A stretch of 64,000 bases of DNA, taken from NCBI GenBank assembly GCA_028534125.1, contig CM052817.1, positions 58,158,001 to 58,222,000 of the forward strand, in the 5' to 3' direction. Below, piece by piece: positions 41,681 to 55,924 of this stretch. The notes beneath the pieces were generated by a model. The model saw only the letters and a program-made list of their open reading frames with translations, was not told where the DNA came from and made no database searches. This DNA is from Lama glama. Lineage: Eukaryota. The stretch's first letter is position 1. Every line of letters begins with the position of its first letter. The position numbers and the translations under genes were made by a program.

Positions 41681-43299
41681 CAAAATGAATTGTGTGGGTT
41701 GGCAAGATGTGGAAAGGTACTAGTGAGCTCCTTATTGTTGCCTCTTTGCTATTACCTGACCCTCATCACTTGTGTGTATTTTTGTTGGTATCTGAATGTG
41801 AGAATTAACCTCTATTTGCCTACACATTTTGCATCCTGTTAATTAAGTGAGCCCTAGGCTAGACCGAAGGTTTTTTTTTTTTAATTTTTAAAAATTTTAA
41901 ATAAGATTCATGTGTGTATGGTACAATAGAGTCTGAGGGATAAACAGATGGTGGAGGTGATAATTGGAACTTTATAGCCAAAATGGTTCTCTCTTGCTCT
42001 TATTTTTTGCCAAGAATAGAGATGTCCAAGTTGTTGTCAGCATTCATGTGTATACACACACATGCACAGATCATCAAAAACGTGGGTCAGGATTCAATAA
42101 AACTTCTGACTTTTTCTTGTAGAACAGATAGTGTATTTGGGGCATTAAAAAGAAGTATAAATGCATCATTAATCAGGGTTAGAAACTGAAAGAATATACT
42201 GGATTTGGAAAACACTTTTATGAGCCAGTTTTGGATTTACATATAAATGTTTTAACTGTATGTTACCAGAGTTATCAAAATTTGTATGTGCCTTTGAAAA
42301 CAATGGGCAAGAAAGTGCTATATAATTTTGACCTAGTACAGAGTTGAAGAAGGTTAAAGCAACTAGTTGTAGCTGTTGATACATACTGGTTACTATCTGA
42401 ATAATAATAAACCATAATCTCAGGAAAATATAGATAGAAAATTAACTTGGAAAAGGTATTGAAGAAAAAACTTGCTATGAGAAACAGAGTGCTCTGCATA
42501 CTAAAGTGACCAACACTTTTCACAACATCAGATTTTATTTTATAATTTTGCATAGAAATATTAAGTATAATTTTGCATAGAATTAAACTTAACTCTTTGT
42601 TGTAAAAATCGGATTCTAACTTGAAAAATAACTAAAAAATACAGTGTCAAATGTGTATTACTGCTTCTTCAGATTTATGGTGAATTTTGAAAACATCTGT
42701 TTTTATCCCAAGATAGAATGGAAGTGACTGTCTTAGCAAAATGTAAATATAGCCTAAAAAACCATAAAATTATGACTATATAATAAATACATGACATATT
42801 TATAGAGAGAGATCTGGGATACTAAAGATACTAAGAGTGTTACACAGTTATTTTCACATATAGTCATTTTCATACATATGAAGTGGATTTATAATATTTG
42901 TATATATGTATGGGATCTCTTTTCTCCTTTCATTTTGAAACCATCTGATTCCTATTTTTGTTTTGCTTGATTTAAAGGAAAGCAAATTTGATTTGATTTT
43001 TAAAATGAAGCAGTTTCTCATCATGTATTAGAGGATATCACTTACTATAAAATTTCCAATACTGCCAACATAGCTTTTTAGGTAAAAAAAAGAAAAAAAT
43101 AACAGAGAAAACAAAATTTTTAAAATTACTTTGATTGACTACATTTGCAAAATGAAAAACTGGCAGGGGTTGTATATTATGTTATAACTTAGTTTGAATA
43201 AATCAGCAAACGTATTTAGTTGTGTCATTGATGATTAGGTTTATAGGGCTCAGAGTTTTTCTGTGTGTGCTGAAAGTGAAAAATATGGTAAATTGGTGA

Positions 43300-43420
43300 A
43301 TGGACTTTAGAAGGCTACATATAACACTGGCAGAAGGACATTGTCTTTTGCACACCATTATTTTCCTGGGCCTGACACATAATAGATCCTTAATAAATAT
43401 GTATTGAATGAATGAATGTA
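43300..43420 (+). mobile_element. L2 3' end
   Basis: gcctgacacataatagatccttaataaatatgtattgaatgaatgaatg. Confidence 0.85.
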
Positions 43421-43999
43421 TTATGTTACAGGGGTCAAAGATGAAAATCTGAGCATAAACAAACAATTCTTAATGGTAACTTCACAAAAAATGGATTCTT
43501 CATGTCACTTGGCTGTTTGATTCCTGCTTCCTAACTGGGCTTTGCTGGTCCTGCACTACAGATTTTACCTCAGAATCATTATACAGTTGGTAATTTACTG
43601 ATCAGTAAGCAGAGAACTTAAAAACCTCGGGCATTTAACACTAATCTTCTGTTCCAGTCGTTACTTAACTCTAGGGGATGTGTTGCCATTAAATACCCCA
43701 TGACCCTCCGGTCTCACTCTGCTGGATCTTGTATTCTACCTGGATCTGGCTGATGGTAGATACAGATAAACTCTTTGCTTACTATTGTCTGACGTATTTG
43801 TAGAACTTTTAAATTTTTAGTTACTTTTCTTGAGATCCAGACTGTGGTACACATCTAAGTTACTCTTCTAGGAGAATAAAACATCATTCTGTGGAAAAGA
43901 CATAATGAACTTCTTTCTTATTCCTCATAATAATATATATAGTCTTATTTCACAGCCTATGTTAGTCACATAACCCATCAGGGAAATAGAGGAAAGCTT

Positions 44000-46900
44000 A
44001 GTGGGAAAGTTGATGTTTATAACAATTGAATCTTCCTGCTTGTCATGCTCAACAGGGAAAGCACACCACTAATGTGTGTCTGTGTCTGTGTGTCTGTGTA
44101 TTCTGTGTTCCTTAGGATTTCCTAGTTGCAAGATCATGCTATCTGCACATAGAGGTATTTACTTCTTTCTTTTCAATCTGAATGTCTTTTTTTCTCCTGT
44201 TTGCCCTGTCTAGAACCTCTAGTGCAATGTTGAATAGGCATAACAAGAGTGAACATCCCTGCTTGTTTCCAAGTTTAGAAAGAAAGGATTCAGGTATTTA
44301 CCACTAAGTATTATGATAACCGTGAATTTTTCATACATGTCTTTTATCAGATGGAGGGTTTTCCCTCTAAGTTTGTTGAGAGTCTTTATCATGGAAGTAT
44401 GTTGAAATTTACTGAGTGCTTTTGGTGCATCTGTGAGATATCATGTGGTTTATTTTTCTTAATTTTGTTGATTATGGTGTTTCACAATAATTAATCGATT
44501 AATTTTTGGATGTTAAATCAACCTTGCATTTCTGGAAAATCCATTTTGTCATGGTGTATGACCCTTTTATTTTGTTTGCTAGGATTTTGTTGAGGATTTT
44601 GCATGTAAATTCATAATAAACATTGGTCTTTAGTGTTCTTTTCCATGCCATTTTCTGGTTTTGATATTGGTTGATATTGGCCTCATAGAATAAATTGGGA
44701 AGCATTTCCTTTTTTTGGAAATTTGTAAAGAATTGGTATTAATTTTTCTATAAATGTTTAATAAAATACACCAGTGAAATCATCTTGTCATGGTGTTTTA
44801 TTTCTGGGAAGATTTTTAAATGACTAATTAATTATCTTTATTTATTGTAAGCCTGTTCAGGTTTTATGTTTATTCTTGAGTCAGTATTGGTAGTTTGAGT
44901 CTTTGAGGAATTTGTCCTTTTCCTCTAACTTTTCTAATTTGTTTGGATACAGTTGTTCATAGTATTTCTTGTAATTTTGTAAGGTTGGTAGTGATATTCT
45001 CTCTTTGATTTTTTACTTTAATAATTTCAATGTTCTTCTTTTTTGGGGTCTTGCTGAAATTTTGTCAATTTTTTCAATTTTGTTGGATTTTCTGTATTTT
45101 CTACTTTTTAGTTCAGTAATTAGCACACTAATCTTTATTATTTCATTTAGTCTGTGTGTGCTGGATTTTATTTGTCTTTTCTTGCAACTGTCCTCAAGGT
45201 GAAAGGTGATGCTATTGATTTGAAATATTTCTTCCAGTTTAATATGTTTATAGCTGTAAATATCCCTCAATGCACTGCTTATGCTACATTTTATAAGTTG
45301 TTTACTCTTCACTCATCTCAAAGCAGTTTTTAATTTCTCTTTTGATTAAAAAATTTTTTTGATCCATTGGTTATTTAGAAGTGCATTATTTAGTTTCTAC
45401 ACATTTGTGAACTTTCCAAATTACCGTTTGTTATTGATTTCTAACTTCATTTCTTTGTGGTTGAAGAACCTATTTTGTATGATTTCAGTTGTTCAGTGAC
45501 TCTCTTTATCTTTAGTAATTGTCTTGTTTGTTTTACAGTGTATTTTGTCTGATATTAATGTAACCTTTTTGCTTTCCTGCATTGCTATTGGTATGGTATA
45601 TTTATGTTTTCATCTTGTTTGTATCTTTGAATCTAAAATATGTCTCCCATAGATAGCATATTTTGGATGCTATTGTTATTTGTATCGAGTGTAAGAACTA
45701 GTCTCTTTTTGATTGGATTGTTTAATTAATGCATTAAATACCTAATCTTACTGTTGATATGATTAGATTTATATCTGCCACTTAATTTTATGTTTTATAC
45801 ACACATTAATATATATTAGTTATTTTCTTAGTGCTTGTTCTAGAGCTTACAGTATACATCATAATTTATTAGCATCTACCTTGGATTTATGCTAATATAA
45901 TTCCAGTGAGTTACAGAAATGTTACTTTTATATAGTTTTATATAAGAGCTTCCCCTTTTGTGGTATTACTTTGTGTGTGTATGTTTGTACACATACGTAT
46001 ATATGTAAACATACACGTTAATATACATATATATAGAAACAGAGAAAACAGAGACAGACGCTTAGACTCTGTGTAACAAACCAGACAATACATTGTTTAA
46101 TTATTTAGATAATTTTATGTCTTTTAAGAAAACTGAGAGAATAAAGGAGAGTAAGTATATATTCGTAGCCATTGTTGCATTAACCTTTTCATATACCATT
46201 ACTTCCTTTCTTTTATGAACTTGCTCTGCCATCAGGTATCATTTTCTTCCTCCAGCACAGCTTTGGTCTCACTCTTTTGCCTTGTGCTGTGTGATAAATA
46301 TATTACCTTTCTACAAATTATATGCCCAACAGTGTAATTATATACATATTGTTTTATACAATTACTTTGCAATCAGTTAAGAGAAAAAAGAAGAAGATGC
46401 AATTATATAGTTTTTTATAATCTTCTAGTAACTACCCTTACTGACACACTTTGCTTTTTGGTATGGGTTCACATTACTTTTGGGTATCACTTGCTTTCAG
46501 CCTTTGAAACTTCCTTTAGTATTTCTTGAAAGGTGGATGTGCTAGCAGTGAATTCTCTCAGTTTTTGTTGACCTGAGAATGTCTTTGTTTTCATTTTTGA
46601 AAGATTATTTTGCTAAATATGAGACTTTTAACTGACGTTTGTTTTTCCTTTCAGCACTTTGACTGAAGCATCTTACTGCTTTATGTTCTCCATTGTTTTT
46701 GATGAAAATCCAGTTGTTGTTCTTATTTGATTTCCTTGTATGGACACATTATTTTCCTCTTGTCACTTTCAAGATTATCTTGTGCTCGTTGTTATTGTTT
46801 GCTTGTTTATTAGTTTAGTGATTTTGTTTAACTATTTTAATAAAGTCCATTACCCTCACAGTGTGTAGTTTCTGATGTCATTCGTCAGAGGCACTGCCTT

Positions 46901-48060
46901 GGGCATGTGTACAGTCACCTGGGCATGTTTCCTCTCAAGAGATAGTAGTGGCTTTAGTCAGTCTCTTTTGGCTGTCTCTTACTTTGCTTTCGCTGTTAAA
47001 TTTTTAGCTGGTCTGTTTCTATTGGTGTCATCCCCAGCTGTTAGTCTCTACTAATGCTACCTGATTGCTTTATTGTTTTCAACAACACCTGGGGACATAG
47101 ACTGTGCTACCGTCTAATCCAGTTAAATTTGGGCACCTTTGCAGAGGTGTTCCTTGAGACTAGACTTTGAGACTTACTCCTACCCTAGGAGTGCTCTCTT
47201 TAGCTGCATTTCCCCCTGGTTTTCTCTGTTAAAACTTCTAGCTTTTCTACTGTTGTCCTTCTTGCTCTCAGAGGGCTACCATTCTCCTGTTTCTCACCAT
47301 GAAATCCTCATTCTTGTCAACAGTGTTCTTACACTAGCACTTCCCATGTTCTGTTCCAAATAAAGGCAGTCCCCTTAAGGAGACCTTGGAACATCCAGTT
47401 TCTATGGCTTGCCCCTCCTTCTGGGAGGAAGCCCTGAACAGGTGCTCCAGAATGAGGAGGGAGTAGTGGCCCACTTTGCTAGAGTGACATCCTTGCTCTA
47501 ATGAATTTGGTACTTGGTGGGGACAGTAGCCCTTGTTCTTGTGTTGATCTCAGATCTACATCTGAGGAGCTTGCTTATACAAGGGTGGTCAGGGCCAGGT
47601 ATCATCATTCAGTCACTCCTAGGGTAGTCTTCAATCCTATGAGTGGAGGCTGAGTGAAGGGAGCCCAGACCATTTGGTTGTTTGTGCTTGGGATAGAGTT
47701 TTGGCAACACAGAGCTGGGTGGAATGAGGATTGCTGGTGACGTGCTCCTCCTGAGGAGACACCAGAGACCTAGCAGGATCTGGTGGGGAGAGAGAGACCT
47801 GTGTTTTTCACTGCAAGTACCTGTAATAGAGCCTCCATCAGGCTGAGCTAGGTGTGTGTAGAGGTGGATTGTGGCTCAAATGCCACAGACTCTCACTGTT
47901 TTTATTGAGATTAGATTTTGTTTAAAGATTTCTCATGTTGCATATCCTTAGGACCACTTTCCTGATATTTTAAGTAGTTGCTTTACTTGATTTTCACCTG
48001 TTATGGTTGTTTCACTGGGAGAGGGTCCATGGAGCTCTTTACACCCCAATTCTGGAAGTG
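44000..48060 (-). mobile_element. Old L1M (ORF2 fragments plus 5' region)
   Basis: Antisense ORF2 remnants (LPNLFYEANI, KILNKILANKI, NKIEKIDK), then 5'-region-like sequence ending attctggaagtg. Confidence 0.88.
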
Positions 48061-48067
48061 CACTCAC

Positions 48068-48344
48068 ACACTTGAGTTTTATCCTTTTCTGCGTAGTATG
48101 CTGTCTGCAAATGATCATTGCGAAGTTGAAATATTCAAATTGATGGGACCTTGAATGGATGTGAAAAACCAAGGACTTTCACAGAGATTCAATAGGCATT
48201 ATTTATTCTTTGGATTTGTAAAACACTTTATTCTAGGAAGCTTAAGTGTTTATTGTTGCTTAATAATGCTTACTGAAGATATGTAGAAAGTGAAAATCTG
48301 CTCTAAATTCTGTGAAGTCCTGATTAATCTAGCCCAACTCTTTG
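48068..48344 (-). pseudogene. Candidate fossil exon
   Basis: actttgtttttcaaag|ca ... tgt|gtgagt. KSWARLIRTSQNLEQIF...IIKQQ*TLKL...CESPWFFTSI in the phase-1 frame. Confidence 0.4.
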
Positions 48345-48739
48345 CTTTGAAAAACAAAGTTGGATATTCCAAACTGAATATTGCCTTTTTCTCTAACAAA
48401 AAGGATCAATATCCACAGGAGTCCAACATGAAAATACTTAACTGAATATTATTAGTACCCTCATGAAGTCCTGAAATGTAGTTTATAGATAAAATGTGGA
48501 AGTCTGTGTCCATACCACAATTTAAGCAAATATATAAAAATGGAATATAGAATAAATACACTTATTAAAAATTTATTAATTTTAAAAATAAAGAGTCCCA
48601 AGAGTTCCTTCAAGTAGATTCTTCCTGTAGTGTTCTTAACATTTACTTTCATTTACGAACATCTGTATATGTTTATAAAGAAGTATATGTTAATATATAT
48701 ATTCCTTTTCATGGACATAGTTTTCCTATCTTTGCTTAC

Positions 48740-49030
48740 TCTGCCTCTACTAGTGTCTTCTTTTTCAGTGAAATGACAGTTTTTCAAATGATACATCAAG
48801 AAAAATTTACTCTACTGCTTTTTATCACCAAGTAACAATACTTTAATAAACACTGTCTCCCAGTCTTTATTAAAATACCACTAGAATTCCAATTTACTAA
48901 TTTACAAAGAAAATTATAATGATTACATAGAACTATTTGAATCAGCATGATCATCATATATTTTTCTCATTAGAAAGATCTTCATGGAAAACAGAATCAC
49001 AATTAGAATGTTGCTTGGTGACCATGGAAT
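48740..49030 (-). pseudogene. Fossil exon (291 nt), one Myb/SANT-like repeat
   Basis: tattgttcag| ... gcaga|gtaagc. Open stretch MIMLIQIVLCNHYNFLCKLVNWNSSGILIKTGRQCLLKYCYLVIK contains the K-T-x-x-Q-C-x-x-K-Y-x-x-L helix-3 signature. Confidence 0.7.
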
Positions 49031-49909
49031 CTGAACAATAGTTAATCTTTGATAATTGGAATGATTTATAGTATCAGGCCATTTTTCTTTTTTTGCTTGT
49101 TTACATCTTTACCCTGTCCGCTCTACTGTCAATAAAACTCAACCAATTTGAAGGCTATAAAAGATTAGGGCATCTCAAGCATAAGGATAGTAAAAATTTA
49201 GTTTACAGATCAACAGTGGTAAGTGGAAAATTTTGACATTTACAAACATAGTTTACAACCTTAGCATTTGGGGTTCTAACAATTTCAGATCTCTATTCTT
49301 AGAATAAGTTTTCAGAATCTACTGGTTATAGTATAAATATCTGACTTTTAAATGCAGCACATTACACTGAAACTATAACTGTTGTCTATCATCCAAATAA
49401 GTGTAAAAGAACACAGTCTAAGCAAGAGAAGTCTTTAGAAAATAGCCAGTTTACAAGTACGATATCTAACGTTTGTTTTCTATGTTTCAGATACTGTTCA
49501 CTTTACATATCTAATGCTACCCATTTTCATAGTAGGTAGGAACTTATTCATTTTACAGAAGAGGAAACTGAAACTCTGCATACTTATGTACCTTATCTGA
49601 ATTTTATAGCTATGTTGGCATTTATCCCAACAACCTAACTCTTGTTTTCTCACTCTTACTCTGGCACATTGCATCCGAAAGTATGTAAATATTTTTCTTT
49701 GTCTTTTATAGTTTATCCCTAGGTTCCACAGATTTGAAAATCATGTTTATTGACACTGTTCCAGTTCCAGCTGTAGTTGTCTGTTCTTTTAACTTAACTC
49801 TTAAAGAGGCCATTCCTAAAGTCATAGAAATTTTCCAGCAGGCTTTGTGACCTGGCTCATTTTGTAATTGCACAAATACATAATGCACAGGGTAGTTAAG
49901 ATGCAGAAG

Positions 49910-50150
49910 AATATATGAATGTGAGCCAAAGCACAATGTGCCAGGCATTATTCTAGTGCCTTGTACATGTTATTCATTTAATCTGTGGTAAAATTCTTTT
50001 GGCATTATTGCCTCCATTTTTACAGATAAAGGAACTTGGAGTAAGAGAGGCTAGGTGCTTGGCTACATTAATAACGTGCATTTGGCTACATATTATGTAA
50101 GTATTTGACCTGAATTGTGCCCTCTTGTCCCGAAGTTACTGCTCTTCCCA
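49910..50150 (-). mobile_element. MIR SINE
   Basis: atgtgccaggcattattctagtgc...ctccattttacagataaaggaact. Confidence 0.82.
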
Positions 50151-50280
50151 GTAGTCCCAGTCATGTCCTAAAATGTTTACTGAGTGCTTAGTGTTGCAGG
50201 CTCTTTGAGTAAGCTGTCATCAGAGTGCTTCTCTGGAGGTAGTTATTATTAAACTTATTTAATGAGATACTAAGAATCAG

Positions 50281-50490
50281 AAAGATAGGAATATGGGATT
50301 AAGAGACACAAATGACTGTGTATAAAATAAATAAGCAACAAAGGTACATTTTACAGCATAGGGAAATACAGCCATTACTTTGTAATAATTTTAAATGGAG
50401 TATAATCTATAAAAATATTGAATTATTATGTTGTATACCTAAATTAATATAATAGTATAAATCAACTATATTTCAATAAAAAAAGCAAAA
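50281..50490 (+). mobile_element. L1 3' end
   Basis: gggattaagagacacaaa...aaatcaactatatttcaataaaaaaag. Confidence 0.85.
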
Positions 50491-50805
50491 AAGCTGGACA
50501 GTCTAAAAAGTTTTTATATAAAATAAATAAAATTTTCATAAATGTATCTATCCTAAGTTCAGTGTTTATGTATTTGATTTGCTTAAAGTGTAGTATGGAT
50601 ATAGGCCTCCACATTTCATCTATAATCTCTTTAGATTTATTTATTTAACTATCTATCCTATTGGTTTTCTTTTTCTAAGTACCCATACCAGTAGTAGCTG
50701 TATCTTATCTATCCCAGAGCAAATCTCTCTTTTTTCACCACTATAACCAACATAAATCCCTGCTTTGTTCATTTGAGTTTTCACCAAATATGTATTGGTT
50801 AATTC

Positions 50806-52398
50806 TTTTACTTTTTTAAAATTGAAATGTAGTTGATTTACAATGTTAGTTTCAGGTGTACAGCAAAGCAATTCAGTTATATAGTGATGCTGAGCATTTT
50901 TTCATGTGCCTGTTGGCCATCTGTAGATTTTCTTTGGAAAAATGTCTATTTATGTCTTCTTCCCATTTTTTAATTGGGTAATTTTTTTGATATTGGGTTA
51001 TATGAGCTATTACCCCTTGCTGATCAAATCATTTGATAACATTTTCTCTCATACTGTAAGTAGTTCTGTACATGGTTCCTTTTACTGTTTAATTAGATCC
51101 CATTTGTTTATTTTTGCTTTTCTTTCTTTTGCCTTAGGAGACAGATAAAAAAAAAGGCTGCTATGATTTATATCAAAGACTGTTCTGTCTATGTTCTCTT
51201 CTAGGAGTTTTATAGTTTCAGGTCTTACATTTAAGTATTTAATCCTTTTTGAGTTTATCTTCATATATGGTGTGAGCAAATGTTCGTATCTCATTCTTTT
51301 ACCCGTAGCTGTACAGTTTTTTCACCACCACTTATTGAAAAGACTGTCTTTTCTTCATTGTGTATTCTTGCCTCCTATGTTATAAGTTAACTGGCTATAA
51401 GTGCATGGATTCATTTCTAGGCTCTCTGTTCTGTTGTGTTTTTATGCTAGTACCATGTTGTTTTGGTTATTGTACTTTTGTAGTTTAGTCTGAAGTCAGG
51501 AAGCATTTTAACTCCAGCTTTGTTCTTTAATCTCAAGATTGCTTTGGCAACTTAGGGTGTTTTTTGGTTCCACATGAATTTTAGGATTATTCTGTGAAAA
51601 ATGTCATAGGTATTTTGATAGGGATTGCATTAAATCTAGCAATTTTGTTTTGGGTAGTATGGCCATTTTAACAGTATTCTTCTAAGCTCTAGGGGATGTC
51701 TTTCCACTTCTTTGTATCTTTTTCAAATTCCTTCATCAATGTTTTATGGTTTTCAGAGTATAGATCTTTCACTTCCTTGGTTAAGTTTATTCCTAGATAT
51801 TTTACTCTTTTTTGTGGGATTGTTTCCTTAATTTCTCTTTCTGATAGTTCATAATTAATGTATAGAAAAGCAACAGATTTCTGTATATTAATCTTGTATC
51901 CTGAAACTTTCACTGAATTCACTTTTTACTTCTAATAGTTTTTTGGTGAAGACTTCAGGGTTTTCTGTATGTAGTATCATGTCATCTGCAAATAGTGACA
52001 GTTTTACTTCTTTTTCTTGTCCAATTGCTGTGGCTAGGACTTCCAATACCATGTTAAACAGAAGTGGTGAGAATGGGCATCCTTATCTTGTTCCTGATTT
52101 AAAAGGAAAAGCTGAATCACTGTTGAATATAGTTAGCTATGGGTTTGTTATAAATGGCCTTTATTATGTTGAGATAAGTTTGCTCTATACCAATTTTGAG
52201 AGTCTTTTTTTTTAATCATGAATGGGTATTGAATTTTGTCAGATACTTTTCCTGTGTCTGTTGAGGTGATCATGTAATTTTTATCCTTACTTGTGTTAAT
52301 ACGATATATCACATTGATGGATTTGCAAATATTGAACCATTCTTGCATCTCTGGAATCAATCTTACTTGATCACAGTGTATGAGCCTTTCTATGCATG
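50806..52398 (-). mobile_element. L1 with several internal deletions (ORF2 RT/C-terminal fragments)
   Basis: Minus ORFs [55 protein letters not shown]; 3'UTR fused to ORF2 at ~50883. Confidence 0.93.
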
Positions 52399-52464
52399 AA
52401 AATTTTATTAATTTTAAAATAAGGAATGCCAAAGGAGTTCCTTTAATAGATATGTAATACACAC

Positions 52465-52777
52465 CTGTATCTATATCTATGTAAGAAGATTCATTATAAG
52501 GAATTGACTCATACAGTTATGGAGGCTTAGAAATCCCAAGATATACAGTTGGCAAGCTAGATACCCAGGAGAGCCAATGGAGTAGGTTCCAGTCTTAGTC
52601 CAAATCCAAAGGCAGGAGAAGACTGATATCCTAACTTGAAGACAGTCAGACAGACAGAGGAAATTCTCCCTTAGTCAGCCTTTTACTCTATTCAGGCCTT
52701 TCATATTTGATGAGGCCCACTGAATACCTGGGTAGAATGTGGCTTAGTCAAGTGAACACATACAATTAACCATCATA
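52465..52777 (-). mobile_element. MLT2-type ERVL LTR
   Basis: attataaggaattgactcatacagttatggaggct...cccaggagagccaatgg...aattaaccatcata. Confidence 0.88.
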
Positions 52778-53157
52778 CTGCTTGATTTTCTATTAGCTGC
52801 AATCATTTGAAGGAAGATGATCTTGACAGTTAGGTTCCAGATTGATGGTAAGAGGATACAGAGTTTGCAGCCAGTAAATATATTACAATATCTATAGAAT
52901 AATGACTTCAACACTTCAGTCTGTATTTGATGTTAACTGACATGACATCACAAAAATAGTTTTTAAGAAATGATTTATTCATTTAATAATTTTTCAAAGT
53001 GAAATATTTGTAAAGAACTCAAAGAATTTTCGAAAGTTTATGTGATTTAAAAAAAGGAGTTTCTCTTTGATAAATGCATTCCTCAAATAATCATAATGGT
53101 TTGATAGATTTCTTACTAGCCTTTTTTCTATACAAATGATATTAATTATATATACTA

Positions 53158-53600
53158 TGTTTGTTTTGGTCCCCTAAGAAGCAGACATCAAAATGGACCT
53201 AGATGTGCAAGAGATTTAATAGAGGAGACACCTGTGAAGGATAAAAGGGGAGTGAGCAGTGGTAGTCTTGGAGAATCTTCAGAGTACAGTGAAGAACTGA
53301 TATCTGTGTAAGAAGAGAGGGGAGGGAGAATTGGGTAGGAGAGACCAGAATCATTTGAAAAAGTTTCAGCCAGTCCAATGGGTAGTCCTCAAGTGAAAGT
53401 TGCCCATGATAGGAATCCCATGCTTGGTAGGAATGACCTGATTCTAAGAGCCCTTTCATGTTCAGTCATTGACTGGAGCAGATTGGGGAGGTGTGGCCTC
53501 AAGATGAATACTGTGATGGAGGCTGTCAATCTGTTGTGCTCCCTACAGCTGGTTTTCTTGAAGGAAGATCTGAGTGGAGCACCTATATGGTTGTCCCACA
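53158..53600 (-). mobile_element. LTR16-like ERVL solo LTR
   Basis: ggtcccctaagaagcagac...tgtgcaagagatttaat...gatctgagtggagcacc...cccaca. Confidence 0.85.
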
Positions 53601-53964
53601 TATGCATACCATGTTTTACTTAGTAGGATCGTAGTATATACTTATAAGTATGTTTCTGGCAGTTGCAAATTTGTCATGAGATACTTCTGTAATCTTTCTA
53701 GGTGCTAAAAATGTCAATTGTGTGTCTGTAGCACAATTTATGTAGCCAATGCAATATCTAAATTATTAAGAAATATTTTATGTCTATGTAAACTACAGTA
53801 TTATAATATTTGATCCTTAATTGATGAGGTGCCTTTTTAGTAGAATAGCTACATACTTTCTTATTAAATATTTTCAGACATATAATACATTCAATATGCT
53901 CCTCAAACTTAAGAGAAAGCCTGACATGCCTAGGTTAGGTTGTAATGGTTGGACATGACCTTAC

Positions 53965-54546
53965 TGCCTGAAAGAAGTATTAGCAGATTTTTAAAGAAGA
54001 GTCTATTATCATGTTCTTATTATGTAATTTTTATATAGGTTTAATTTAATAGGATATAAATTATTGGGCTGGTTCCTTTTTTAGCTAGATGGAGATTTTC
54101 ATTTTATCTTCCATATCTTTAATGTATTTAAAATATTATATGAATAATTCTATCTCTTAATATATTTATGTGAAAGAATTCTTGGAGCAATAGGAAATTT
54201 ATGGTGACTATTGAGAGCTTCTGAAGAAATCTGCATATAAAAAGCCTTTGCTTAAAGAAATTTTTGTAATTTTACTATAACTTGAGCACTTGAGTCTTTA
54301 GTTAAACATATGGGATAAGATGAACTCTTAGGAATTTCCAAATTACAGATTAATGATTTCTATATTTCTATATTAATTTCTTATCTCTGGAATAAGCTTA
54401 TTTAGATCACTTATTATAGTGGAAATATTTTATCATGTGAACCATACCCTAAAACTACAACTTTGAATTTAGATTGAATTGTGTTCATTTCGTGGATATG
54501 ATGTTTTGAAATTTAAAATGTAAATTAAAGTAAGTAATGTTCAAAT
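53965..54546 (-). pseudogene. Candidate fossil exon
   Basis: Acceptor ggttgtttttag|, donor gca|gtaagg. One frame gives EMNTIQSKFKVVVLGY and AKAFYMQISSEALNSHHKFPIAPRILSHKYIKR*NYSY. Confidence 0.4.
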
Positions 54547-54615
54547 CTAAAAACAACCTTGTTATTAAATGTATTAAATAAGAGGAAATTGAAATGTGTA
54601 GAATTACAACTTTTT

Positions 54616-54886
54616 TTTAATTGCACTATTCATTTTATTTATTTTGATTAGACATGTTTGGACTGTGGTTTTTTTTTGTATTTTTTTTATTAAAGTATAG
54701 TCAGTTTACAATGTATAATTTCTGATGTATAGCACAATGCTTCAGTCATGCATGAACATACATATATTCGTTTTCATACTCTTTTGCACCATAAGTTACT
54801 ACAAGACATTTTTTTTTTGAGTATAGTTTCCTGTGCTATACAGTATGCACTTGTTGTTTATCTATTTTATTTTCATTAGTATCTGC
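54616..54886 (-). mobile_element. Truncated L1 3' end with ~50-nt 3' transduction
   Basis: Two poly-T tracts enclosing unique sequence 54619-54668; degenerate TSD aattacaacttttt / aagtacgacttttt. Confidence 0.78.
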
Positions 54887-55139
54887 AAGTACGACTTTTT
54901 AATAAGTTATACCATGTTTATTATTGATATCGTGTGTGAATTCATTAAAGCTGGATATTTCAACTATTCAGATGATTTTAAGAAAATGATTTTGGGGAAA
55001 TAAAGTTGATGTTGATAGATTAAAACAATGGGATGAATTTATAAATATATTTAGGAAACAGATTCATATTTTGACTAATAAATACAATTTTATCTTATTT
55101 TATAATAGACAAGGCCAAAATCCTTTTTTTTTTTGCATT

Positions 55140-55511
55140 TTTAAAAGCAGATGTATCATAGAACATCAGAGAAATATCTTCATTTCTCACAAAATTGGAT
55201 GATGGGATAGAACTAATTATAGTGTTAAGCTTGGGATCTTTTTCTCTTTGGTTTTGGATAAAATTTCAAATTGTTGGCAGAGATCCTGAGGTAACATTGA
55301 ACTGAACTCAGATGTTAAAGGCCCACTTCTGTTTCTTCAGAATCCTCCTTTCACCCTGTTTTAAACTATTTTTTTGGCTGTTTTAATATAGTACAGTTTT
55401 CTTGGGTTATAGAAATTTTTGAGATCACTTCACTCTTGAGAGAGCACAAAAAACTTCTTTTAATGTTAACTCTGAAATTATGCAAGCATATGAAAAAAGG
55501 AACTGATGTTC
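55140..55511 (-). pseudogene. Fossil exon, one Myb/SANT-like repeat in a single frame
   Basis: Acceptor tttaccttcttag|ga. ...KQPKK*FKTG*KEDSEETEVGL*HLSSVQCYLRISANNLKFY...FCEK*RYFSDVL in one frame; two TGA stops fall at expected Trp positions. Confidence 0.65.
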
Positions 55512-55691
55512 CTAAGAAGGTAAACTCAGTGGTAGGAACTTAAATGATTCAAAATGAACAAAATTATAAATCTGTGGGTAAGAAAATGATTGTAGCTCCT
55601 AATTGTTTACCTGTTGAAAATGTACTTCTAATAAAAAACATTAGAGTTAATTTTAAATGATTTTCCATTTCATTTAGTCATCTTTTAAACA

Positions 55692-55907
55692 AACATATTA
55701 AAAATTTTTTATTCATTTATCAAAGTATCATCAGTTACAGCGTGTCAGTTTCTGGTGTACAGCATAATGTCCCAGTCATGCATACATACACCTATATTCA
55801 TTAATATATTTTTTTCATTAAAAGTTATTACAATATGTTGAGTATAGTTCCCTGTGCTATAGAGAAGAAATTTGTTTTTTTAATCTGTTTTTATATATAG
55901 TGGTTAC
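55692..55907 (-). mobile_element. Truncated L1 3' end
   Basis: L1 3'UTR; TSD catcttttaaaca (55679-55691, 55908-55920). Confidence 0.88.
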
Positions 55908-55924
55908 CATCTTTTAAACACATT

